Shown here: piece by piece, positions 26,485 to 34,505 of the stretch | Layout of the letters: the number at the start of each line of letters is the position of its first letter | How positions within the stretch are numbered: position 1 is the stretch's first letter | DNA from: Planctomycetota bacterium | GTDB taxonomy: Bacteria; Planctomycetota; B15-G4 | NCBI GenBank assembly: GCA_965248575.1 | Contig: CBDFJQ010000002.1 | Location: forward strand, 192,001 to 256,000 | Reading direction: 5' to 3' | Length of the DNA stretch: 64,000 nt | Notes under the pieces: model-generated | What the model saw: the letters and a program-made list of their open reading frames with translations, nothing else | The model's database searches: none | What the model was told of the DNA's origin: nothing | Position numbers and translations under genes: made by a program

Positions 26485-27309
26485 CTACTCCAGGTCGTCG
26501 TTCAGTCTGCCCATGCGATAGCCATCGGGTTCCACGGAGCTTCGCTTGAACCCAGCTTCCTTCAGGACTTCCAGAAAGGCCTCTTCGCCAATGAGCATGG
26601 AGAGATGATCCACCCGCTGAGGCTCCACTTCCAGTCGTACTTCTTCGCCGTGATGGCGGGCTCGAACCTGCCTGAAACCCGCTCCCCGAAGGTGGGATTC
26701 CACCAGGTCCACGGCGGCCAGGCGTCTCGGGGAGACGGCTGTGCCATACGGCAGGCGCGAGGCCAGGCAGGCCAGGGCGGGCTTGTCGTGGTTGGGGAGG
26801 CCCAGGTGCGCGGCCAGGCGGCGCACGTCCTTCTTGCCGAGGCCACACTCCAGCAACGGTGAGCGCACCTGTGCCTGGGCCGCGGCGTCCAGGCCGGGAC
26901 GCCAGTCGCCAGGGTCGTCGGCATTGGTGCCGTTGAAGATGGTGGGGATGCCCCGCTCGTCCGCAACGCGTCGTGCCACGGCGTAGAGCTCTCGCTTGCA
27001 GAAGAAGCAGCGATTTGGCGGGTTGGACACGTAGTCCTGCTCCTCCATCTCGTGCGTGTCGACAAAGAGGACGGGCAGCCCGAGTTCCGTGCACAGCGCG
27101 CGACCATCGTCCACTTCTGCAGGCGCGACACTGGGGGAAACTCCCATGACTCCCAGGCTACGCTCACCCAAGACGTCGAAGGCGACCTTGAGCACGAGCG
27201 TGCTGTCCACCCCAGCGGAGAAGGCGACCAGCGCCGACTCGTGTTGCGCGACATTCTGGCGCAGTCGTTGCAGCATCGACGGCAGGGTGTCCGGCGCGAA
27301 GAGCTTCAC
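26485..27309 (-). CDS. larE: ATP-dependent sulfur transferase for the nickel-pincer cofactor
   Basis: PP-loop FSAGVDS, NRCFFCK, GTNADD..D.RPG, ACLASR and QVR.RHH motifs. Confidence 0.93.
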   Translation of the reverse strand: MKLFAPDTLPSMLQRLRQNVAQHESALVAFSAGVDSTLVLKVAFDVLGERSLGVMGVSPSVAPAEVDDGRALCTELGLPVLFVDTHEMEEQDYVSNPPNRCFFCKRELYAVARRVADERGIPTIFNGTNADDPGDWRPGLDAAAQAQVRSPLLECGLGKKDVRRLAAHLGLPNHDKPALACLASRLPYGTAVSPRRLAAVDLVESHLRGAGFRQVRARHHGEEVRLEVEPQRVDHLSMLIGEEAFLEVLKEAGFKRSSVEPDGYRMGRLNDDLE

Positions 27310-28544
27310 AGGCCGGCCTCCATGGACGAGGTCGATGCGTGTGGGGCGAGCTTCTCTGCTTCCGCAACCGCCGCGGCCAGCACCGCCTTCACGGGCACGT
27401 CGTGTTCACGTGCCCGGGCGAGGCAGTCGTCGTACTCAGGTGAGATGTTGACTGTCTCCTCTCCCAGCAGGCCGCACTTCAGTCGCACTGATCCGAAGCG
27501 AGTCTGAACCGTCGTGTGCCGGCGATCCAGCTCCGTGCGGCGCACTTCGTGGCTGCGAACACCCAGCGTCGTCGTTTCGCGCAGGATGATCTCGGTCAGC
27601 AGGCTTTCCAGCGCCGGGCGGCAGACGACCTGGAGCTGTGTGCCGGGCCGCTGCTTCTTCATCTGCAAGCTGAGCAGTGCGACGTCCAGGGCTCCGGCTG
27701 CAAAGAGCCGCGTGGAGACCTCGCCGTAGAGCCGCGGGTCCATGTCGTCGATGGACGCCTCGAGCACGACGGCCGTGGAGCAAGCGGCCTGCTGCTCAGG
27801 ACCCGTGGCGGCTTCCTTCTCTCCCACCAGCACCCGCAGGACGTTGGGGCGATCCTCGAGTTCGGCGCTGCCCATGCCCACCCCGGTGCCGGTCAGCCGC
27901 ATGTCGGGCATGGGGCCATGGGGGGAGCCGGATGGCCCACAGAGGGAAGCCAGGATGGCTGCCCCGGTCGGGGTGACGGTCTCCAGCGTTCCCGGGATGC
28001 TCGTCAGGGTGAACCCCCCCAGCAGGCGTGCCGTCGCCGGTGCAGGCAGGGGGAGCACGCCGTGAGCCATGCGAGTGCTTCCACTGCAAACGGGAATCCG
28101 GCTGCAGCTTGCGCTCGTGATACCCAGCATGTCGAGCGCGATCGAGCTGGCGACGATGTCGACAATGGAGTCCATGGCACCCACCTCGTGGAAGTGGATC
28201 TGCTCGGGCTCGCAGCCATGGGTGATTGCTTCGGCATGAGCCAGGCGCTCAAAGATATCGAGGGCCCGGCTGAGAGCACCTTCGGGAAGCCGGGCCTGCT
28301 TCAACAGGCTGCGGATGTCCCGCCAATGCCTCGCCGGAGGATCCACCTCATGCGCGACGTGGAAGCGCGTGCCAGCCAGCCCGCCGCGCCGCTCTCGTTC
28401 GACCCGCATGTCCGTCAGCGGCAGGCCGGACACAGCCAAGGTCTTGGCAAGCTGCTCCCATGAGGCGCCTGCGTCCACCAAGGCGGCCACAGTCATGTCG
28501 CCAGCCATGCCGCCCACGAGGTCGAGATGAAGGTGTTGGGTCAC
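27306..28544 (-). CDS. larC: Nickel-pincer cofactor nickel insertase
   Basis: GMAGDM, HFHEVGAMDSIVD, PAPAT, TPTGAA, MKK.RPG, ETTTLGVR and PEYDD motifs. Confidence 0.95.
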   Translation of the reverse strand: MTQHLHLDLVGGMAGDMTVAALVDAGASWEQLAKTLAVSGLPLTDMRVERERRGGLAGTRFHVAHEVDPPARHWRDIRSLLKQARLPEGALSRALDIFERLAHAEAITHGCEPEQIHFHEVGAMDSIVDIVASSIALDMLGITSASCSRIPVCSGSTRMAHGVLPLPAPATARLLGGFTLTSIPGTLETVTPTGAAILASLCGPSGSPHGPMPDMRLTGTGVGMGSAELEDRPNVLRVLVGEKEAATGPEQQAACSTAVVLEASIDDMDPRLYGEVSTRLFAAGALDVALLSLQMKKQRPGTQLQVVCRPALESLLTEIILRETTTLGVRSHEVRRTELDRRHTTVQTRFGSVRLKCGLLGEETVNISPEYDDCLARAREHDVPVKAVLAAAVAEAEKLAPHASTSSMEAGL

Positions 28545-29335
28545 GAACCGGATCCGTTTTGGGTCGGGTCGCTCACGACAGGGTGGTTGATCAGGGAGGC
28601 TGCTGCCGCCGCCCCGAAGCCGTTGTCGATGTTCACCACCGTGACGCCCGCGGCGCAGCTGTTGAGCATGGCCAGCAAGGGTGTCAAGCCCCCGAGGTGG
28701 GCGCCGTAGCCGACGCTCGTCGGCACGGCCACCACGGGACAGGCCACGAGACCGGCGAGGACGCTAGGCAGCGCTCCCTCCATTCCGGCCACGGCAATCA
28801 CGACCCTCGCTTGTCTCAGGAGATCGACCTTCGCCAGCAGGCGGTGCAGCCCAGCGACGCCCACATCCGTGAGGCGCGTGACCCGGTTGCCAAAGGCCTC
28901 GGCTGTAATGGCGGCCTCTTCGCTCACGGGCAGGTCCGACGTCCCGGCCGAGGCCACCACGATCAGCCCCTCGCCCGTGACGGGGATGGGGCCGTCATGC
29001 CACAGCCAGGTGCGTGAGAGGGCGTCGTAGGAGCCCGGTGTCGTCGTGGCTGTGTCGAGTCCTGGGGCGCACTGCTGATAGGCGTCTGGCGAGAAGCGTG
29101 TCACGAGCACGGCCTGCCCGCGATTCATCAGGCTCGCGGCGATGGCCACGATCTGCTCCGGCTGCTTGCCCTGCCCGAAGATGACCTCCGGCATGCCGTT
29201 GCGAAGCGGTCGGTGGTGGTCCACGTTCGCGAAGCCCAGGTCCTGGGTGGGCAGGTCCCGGAGGGAGTGGAGCGCGTCCTCCGGGGAGATCTTCCCAGAG
29301 GCCAGCTCTTCGACGATGCGGTGGATGGAGGTCAT
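28541..29335 (-). CDS. larB: Nickel-pincer cofactor carboxylase/hydrolase
   Basis: DHHR..R.G.PEV, AGTSD, DVGVAGLHR, AGMEGAL, PTSVGYG, MLNSC and NIDNGFGA motifs. Confidence 0.96.
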   Translation of the reverse strand: MTSIHRIVEELASGKISPEDALHSLRDLPTQDLGFANVDHHRPLRNGMPEVIFGQGKQPEQIVAIAASLMNRGQAVLVTRFSPDAYQQCAPGLDTATTTPGSYDALSRTWLWHDGPIPVTGEGLIVVASAGTSDLPVSEEAAITAEAFGNRVTRLTDVGVAGLHRLLAKVDLLRQARVVIAVAGMEGALPSVLAGLVACPVVAVPTSVGYGAHLGGLTPLLAMLNSCAAGVTVVNIDNGFGAAAAASLINHPVVSDPTQNGSGS

Positions 29336-29410
29336 GGTGCGCTAAAGGGTGCGCTTACTGGGTGCGCTGCTGGGCTCTGCAGGGCTCGGCAGTGTACCCA
29401 GCTCGCGACC

Positions 29411-30947
29411 TCAGGCCGGGTCGAAGCGGATGCCCTGTGCCAGCGGCAACTCGTCCGTGTAGTTGATGGTGCAGGTCTGGCGCCGCATGTAGGCCTTCCA
29501 GGAATCCGAGCCAGCCTCACGTCCGCCGCCGGTGTCCTTCTCGCCGCCGAAGGCTCCTCCGATTTCGGCCCCGCTTGTGCCGATGTTCACGTTGGCGATG
29601 CCGCAGTCGCTTCCAGCACAGCTGAGGAAGCGCTCCGCAGATTGGACGCGGGTGGTGAAGACGGCGCTCGAGAGCCCCTGGGGGACGTCATTCTGCAGCG
29701 CGATGGCCTCGTCGAGGTCTTCGACCGTGACCAGGTAGACCAGCGGGGCGAAAGTCTCTTCCTTGAGCAGCGGAAAGTCCTTCGTGCCCGAGCGATGGTG
29801 GGCTGCACGAAGTGGCCTCCCTCGAGGCCGGCGACGGTGGCGCGCTCGCCGCCCATGCAGGATCTCTCCGCCCGGCCTTGACGGCCTCGACAGCGGACAG
29901 CATGGCCTCAACCGAACCCTCGTGGACCACCGGGCCCATCAAGGTGTCCGCGGCGAGAGGGTCGCCGATGTTCACTTGGCCGTAGGCCTTGCAGAGGCGG
30001 GTCGTGAACTCCTGCGCGATGTCCTTGTGCAGCAGGACGCGGCGGGTGGAGGTGCAGCGCTGGCCGGCCGTGCCCACGGCGCCGAAGAGCACCGCGCTGA
30101 GTGCCAGGTCCAGGTTGGCGTCGTCCATGACGAGCAAGGCGTTGTTGCCGCCCAGCTCGAGCAACGAGCGGCCCAGTCGTCCGCCGACCACTTCGCCCAC
30201 GCGCTTGCCCATGCGCACCGAACCGGTGGCCGAGATGAGAGGCAGCCGTCGGTCGGCGATCATGGTCTCGCCCACCGGCTGCGCCGTGCCGCAACAGAGG
30301 TTGAAGACGCCGCCGAAGCCGTCGGGCTCCATGACCTCATTGACGATGTTCTGCACCGCAAGGGCGCAGACGGGCGAGAGTTCGGAGGGCTTCCAGATCG
30401 AGGTGTCGCCGCATACAGCAGCGATGAACGCGTTCCAGGCCCAGACCGCCACGGGGAAGTTGAAGGCGCTGATGATTCCGATGGGGCCGATGGGGTGCCA
30501 CTGCTCGTACATGCGATGGCCGGGGCGTTCGGAGTGCATGCTCAGGCCGTAGAGCTGGCGCGAGAGACCCACCGCGAAGTCAGCGATGTCGATCATCTCC
30601 TGAACCTCACCCTCGCCTTCGGCGTGGATCTTGCCCATCTCCATGCTGACGAGGGCTCCCAGCTCGGTCTTTTTTGCGCGCAGCGCGTCGCCGCAGCGCC
30701 GGATGTACTCGCCCCGCTGGGGGGCGGGCAGGCTGCGCCAGCGGAGGAAGGCCTCCTGCGCGGAGGCCACACAGGCCTCATAGTCCTCGGCACCGCCGTT
30801 GATCACCTGGGCGAGCTCCTTGCCGGTGGCAGGGTTGCTCGTGGAGAGGGTTTCGCCACCCGGGGCTGCCACCCATCCGCCTGCGTAGACGCCCGAGAGG
30901 GGCTGGGCGGTGCTGGGAATGCCGAGGCTCTGAAGGACGTCCTGCAT
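29411..30947 (-). pseudogene. Aldehyde dehydrogenase family 7 (piperideine-6-carboxylate DH/antiquitin-like), frameshifted as read
   Basis: EGEGEVQEMID, ISAFNFP, LELGGNN, GTAGQRCT, EETFAP and [19 protein letters not shown] motifs, split by three indels in 29780-29880. May be a sequence error. Confidence 0.8.
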
Positions 30948-31347
30948 GGTGCCGGGATCTCGAAACGGGGGGATGGCTAGCTGGTGAGCAAGGGGCGAAC
31001 TTTCGGCCCTTGCCAAGCCCCGCAGCATACCAATCGGGCTGCCCAGGGGCCCTGGGGGCCGAGGGCCTGGGCGAGCGGGAAGCCTGGACCCGAGGGCGGG
31101 GGCCGCGAGGGGGCTTCCGGGGCCCGTTCCAGCTTCACGAATCTGACATACGGGGGCCCCGGCACCTTCACAGGAGGCCGGATACCGTGATGCGCGTCTT
31201 GTGGACGAACTGCACTCCGGACGTGACTTCGGGGTTCGTTTGAGAACCATCCATCGCGTGCTTGAGCCCCCTTCACTGCATCTGGACCTCTGGCTCGCCG
31301 CGGTCGGTTCTCTTGGAGCGCAGGTCTCGTTCAACCCAACAGGACTG

Positions 31348-31416
31348 AGAGGATGCCTCCGGTGGTACTTCGGGGTCCACCGGAGGTCATCCCTCTTGTT
31401 TGAGGGCTTCCCTCAA
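31348..31416 (+). terminator. Long hairpin with a U-rich tail plus a second hairpin upstream of the response regulator
   Basis: GGATG-CCTCCGGTGG...CCACCGGAGG-T-CATCC followed by CTCTTGTTT; then TTGAGGG/CCCTCAA (31400-31416). Confidence 0.5.
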
Positions 31417-31442
31417 GCGCCCGACCCGGCGACACTGCACTC

Positions 31443-32156
31443 ATGACATCCATCCGTAGCATTCTCGTAGTCGAAGACGACGCCGACATCGCCAACCTGG
31501 TTCGCATGAACCTCGAGAAGGAGGGCTATGAGGTCACTCGCGCCGCCGATGGGCGCGAGGGCATCCAGCTCTTCGACCAAGGGGCATACGACCTGGTCAT
31601 GCTGGACTTGATGCTCCCGCACATCGACGGCATGGAGGTGTGTCGGCACATCCGCAACTCCGACCGGTACGTGCCGGTGATGATGTTGACGGCCAAGTCC
31701 GAGGACGCCAACAAGGTGGCCGGACTCGAGATCGGCGCCGATGACTACATCACCAAGCCCTTCGCCATCGCAGAAGTGCTCGCGCGCGTGAAGGCGCTGG
31801 GTCGCCGGGTGGAGATGCTCACGCAACTCTCCCAGGTGTCGGGCGAGAAGGTCCTGGAGTTTGGCGACCTCCGGCTGGAGATCGACAAGCGCATCGTCTT
31901 GCGTGATGGCGAGGATCTCAAGCTGACCCAGAAGGAGTTCGAGATCCTGCGCATCCTTGCTCTCACACCAGGGCGCCCCTACTCGCGCCGGACGCTGTGC
32001 GAGCGCGCAGGGGTCGAGAGCTTCGACGGGACGGACCGCACGATCGACACGCACATCAAGCGTCTGCGGGCCAAGATCGAAAGCGATCGCAACCGGCCGG
32101 TGTACGTGCTGACCGTGTGGGGCTTCGGCTACAAGTTCACCGACAAGTTCTGCTGA
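31443..32156 (+). CDS. OmpR/PhoB family response regulator
   Basis: VVEDD, LDLMLP, MLTAK, GADDYITKPF, RTIDTHIKRLR and TVWGFGY motifs. Confidence 0.95.
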   Translation: MTSIRSILVVEDDADIANLVRMNLEKEGYEVTRAADGREGIQLFDQGAYDLVMLDLMLPHIDGMEVCRHIRNSDRYVPVMMLTAKSEDANKVAGLEIGADDYITKPFAIAEVLARVKALGRRVEMLTQLSQVSGEKVLEFGDLRLEIDKRIVLRDGEDLKLTQKEFEILRILALTPGRPYSRRTLCERAGVESFDGTDRTIDTHIKRLRAKIESDRNRPVYVLTVWGFGYKFTDKFC

Positions 32157-32223
32157 TGGGCAGGGCCGCACGTCGCCGACCGGGAAGTCGGCAGGTCCGA
32201 CCGCGCTGTGTCAGGAGTGTTCC

Positions 32224-33309
32224 TTGAACGGGAAGAGCCTCGGCTTGCGACTCGTCGTGGTGCTGGTCGCGGGCTTCATTCTGTACGAGGCCCTGGCTTG
32301 GGCGCTTGGGATGTCCACGTCGGGCACGGCCCCCGCTGATCCACGCGCGAACCCCGAGTGGGTTCGACCGGTGGCGGGGGCGCTTGCGGCGCTTTTGACG
32401 TCCTGGGCCATCGATTGGTGTGTTATGCGCCGACTGCGCCGACTGAACCAGGAGCTGCGCGAAGTGGCGGGCGGGGATCTCACCCGTCGCCTCAGCAGCC
32501 GCGCCCACGATGAGGTGGGGGAGCTGACCCACAGCATCAACGCCATGGTCACGACCCTGCGGGACAATTACGAAGAGCTACGAACCAACGACGAGCTGCG
32601 TCGCCGACTCGTCGCCAATGTCTCGCACGAGTTGCGAACGCCTCTGACTTCCATCCAGGGATATCTGGAGACGGCACGTCGAGCGGGCCCCGACAGCCCC
32701 GATCTGTCCGCCAACCTGGATATCTGCCATCGCGAATCCAAGCGCCTGGCAAACCTGGTCAAGGACTTGTTCCAGCTGAGCAAGCTCGACACCCATCAGC
32801 TCGAGTTTCATTTCGAGACCATCTCACTCGTGGAGTTGGCCGACCAGGTGGGCCTGGCCTTCGAACAGCGCATGGAGGACAAGGAGATCGACTTCTCCAC
32901 CGTGCTGCCTGACGACTCCTTGGACGTGGTGGGCGATGGCAATCGTCTCGGTCAGGTGATCACCAACCTGCTCGGGAACGCCGCAGTGTTCACAGGACCG
33001 GGGAGCAAGGTGACCCTGGAATGCCTGCGGAAGGACTCGAGCGTCATTTGCCGGGTGACAGACACGGGCATTGGCATTGCCAGCCGGGATCTGCCTCACA
33101 TCTTCGAGAGCTTCTTCCACCTGGAGAAGTCCCGCACGCGCAACCTGGGCGGTACCGGCCTGGGCCTGGCGATCTGCAAGGCGATCGTCGATGCCCACGG
33201 TGGCAAGCTGCTCGTCGAGAGCCAGGAAGGCGAGGGCACGACTTTCTGGTTCGAGTTGGATGCCGCCCACGACCCCGAACTCAGTGGGCCTCGTGGGTCA
33301 GGTACGTAG
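32224..33309 (+). CDS. HAMP-domain sensor histidine kinase
   Basis: Two TM helices, HAMP, SHELRTPL, NLLGNA, DTGIG and GTGLGL motifs. Confidence 0.93.
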   Translation: MNGKSLGLRLVVVLVAGFILYEALAWALGMSTSGTAPADPRANPEWVRPVAGALAALLTSWAIDWCVMRRLRRLNQELREVAGGDLTRRLSSRAHDEVGELTHSINAMVTTLRDNYEELRTNDELRRRLVANVSHELRTPLTSIQGYLETARRAGPDSPDLSANLDICHRESKRLANLVKDLFQLSKLDTHQLEFHFETISLVELADQVGLAFEQRMEDKEIDFSTVLPDDSLDVVGDGNRLGQVITNLLGNAAVFTGPGSKVTLECLRKDSSVICRVTDTGIGIASRDLPHIFESFFHLEKSRTRNLGGTGLGLAICKAIVDAHGGKLLVESQEGEGTTFWFELDAAHDPELSGPRGSGT

Positions 33310-34048
33310 TCAGCGCGAAGATCCCCAGGCCTGCAAGCAGGCCGAGTACACGCCGCCCCCGCTGTTCGTGGCCGTGGAACACCTCCGGTAGGAGGTTGTA
33401 GGCCGCCACGTAGAGAAAGGTCCCTGCTGCCAGGCCTTCGAACAGCGACGTCCAGGAGCCGGTGGATTCGACGGCCCCCTGCATGCGGCTGCCCACGAGG
33501 AGTCCAGCCGGCGTGGCGAGGCAGAACACACCCATGCAGGTCCAGGCGCGCTTGAGGGGCAGCTCCGCCAGGCGCATGACCGTCGCCAGGGAGAAGCTCT
33601 CCGCCGTCTTGTGGACGGAGATGGCCACGAGCAGCGGGCTCAGGACTTCGGGCCGCGTGATCATGGCCGACAGGCTGAGGCCGACCACGAAGGCGTGGGT
33701 CGTCAGACCTGCGAAGGTGCCGAGCCAGACGACGAGGTGGCCGCCCTTGCCGGCCGCACGTTCCCGGAGCCAGATGTGCTCCAGGAAGAAAAGCAGCAGG
33801 AGGCCTGCCAGGGCCGCTGCCCAGGGCAGCCGGTTGCCGCTGGCCTCGTGGCCCTGCTCAGGCAGCTTCTGCGAGAGTTCGGGCAGCAGCTCCAGGAAGA
33901 GCGCGCCCAGGAAGACACCGGCGGCGACGGACAGCAGGACGTGCAGGCTCTTGTCGGACCATGTCCGCAGAAGAGGCAGCAGGCCACCCAGCGCAGCGAA
34001 CGCCAGGAGCCACAAGCAGGCTTGGATCAGGGGGGAGTCCATGTGCAT
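33281..34048 (-). CDS. ZIP family divalent metal transporter
   Basis: AAGVFLG...LLPE, H..., HK..E, ATPAG and AAGTFLYV...LLPE motifs. Confidence 0.88.
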   Translation of the reverse strand: MHMDSPLIQACLWLLAFAALGGLLPLLRTWSDKSLHVLLSVAAGVFLGALFLELLPELSQKLPEQGHEASGNRLPWAAALAGLLLLFFLEHIWLRERAAGKGGHLVVWLGTFAGLTTHAFVVGLSLSAMITRPEVLSPLLVAISVHKTAESFSLATVMRLAELPLKRAWTCMGVFCLATPAGLLVGSRMQGAVESTGSWTSLFEGLAAGTFLYVAAYNLLPEVFHGHEQRGRRVLGLLAGLGIFALTTYLTHEAH

Positions 34049-34103
34049 CCGTTCCGATCCGTGCAGAGCATAGAGATCGGAAGCGGGTGCGGGAATCCCA
34101 GCG

Positions 34104-34505
34104 CTACGAGCCGCCCGCCTTCACGGCGAGCAGGGCGGTCTTGGCACGCTCGAACTCAGCCTGGGCTGCAGCCACAACGGGTTGTGCGCCCTGGATGTCT
34201 CCAGCGCGGCCCATGGCTTCCAGTTGGCGGCAGTATTCCGAGAGCTGCAAGGCTCCCAGCTGAGCGCAGCTGGACTTCAAGGCGTGGCCGTTCTGCATGG
34301 TGCCTTCAGCGTCTCCGTTGCCGACAGCCTGGGCCAGGTCGATGAGTCGGCTGGGCGTGTCTTCCAGAAAGATGTCGATGAGTTCACCCAGGATGTCCGG
34401 GCCGTCATCGTCTGAGAGCATCCGCAGCTCGTCGAGCTGAGATTCGTCAATGGGGGGCGCGGCCGAAGGTTGGGCTGTGCCATGGGGATCTTGGAACTGG
34501 GTCAT
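34104..34505 (-). CDS. Hpt (histidine phosphotransfer) protein
   Basis: GHALKSSCAQLGA motif; translationally coupled to the hybrid kinase. Confidence 0.9.
   Translation of the reverse strand: MTQFQDPHGTAQPSAAPPIDESQLDELRMLSDDDGPDILGELIDIFLEDTPSRLIDLAQAVGNGDAEGTMQNGHALKSSCAQLGALQLSEYCRQLEAMGRAGDIQGAQPVVAAAQAEFERAKTALLAVKAGGS

Noticed and set aside
29780..29880. Programmed ribosomal frameshifting in the ALDH gene
   Set aside because: Three successive shifts would be needed and no slippery heptamer is visible.
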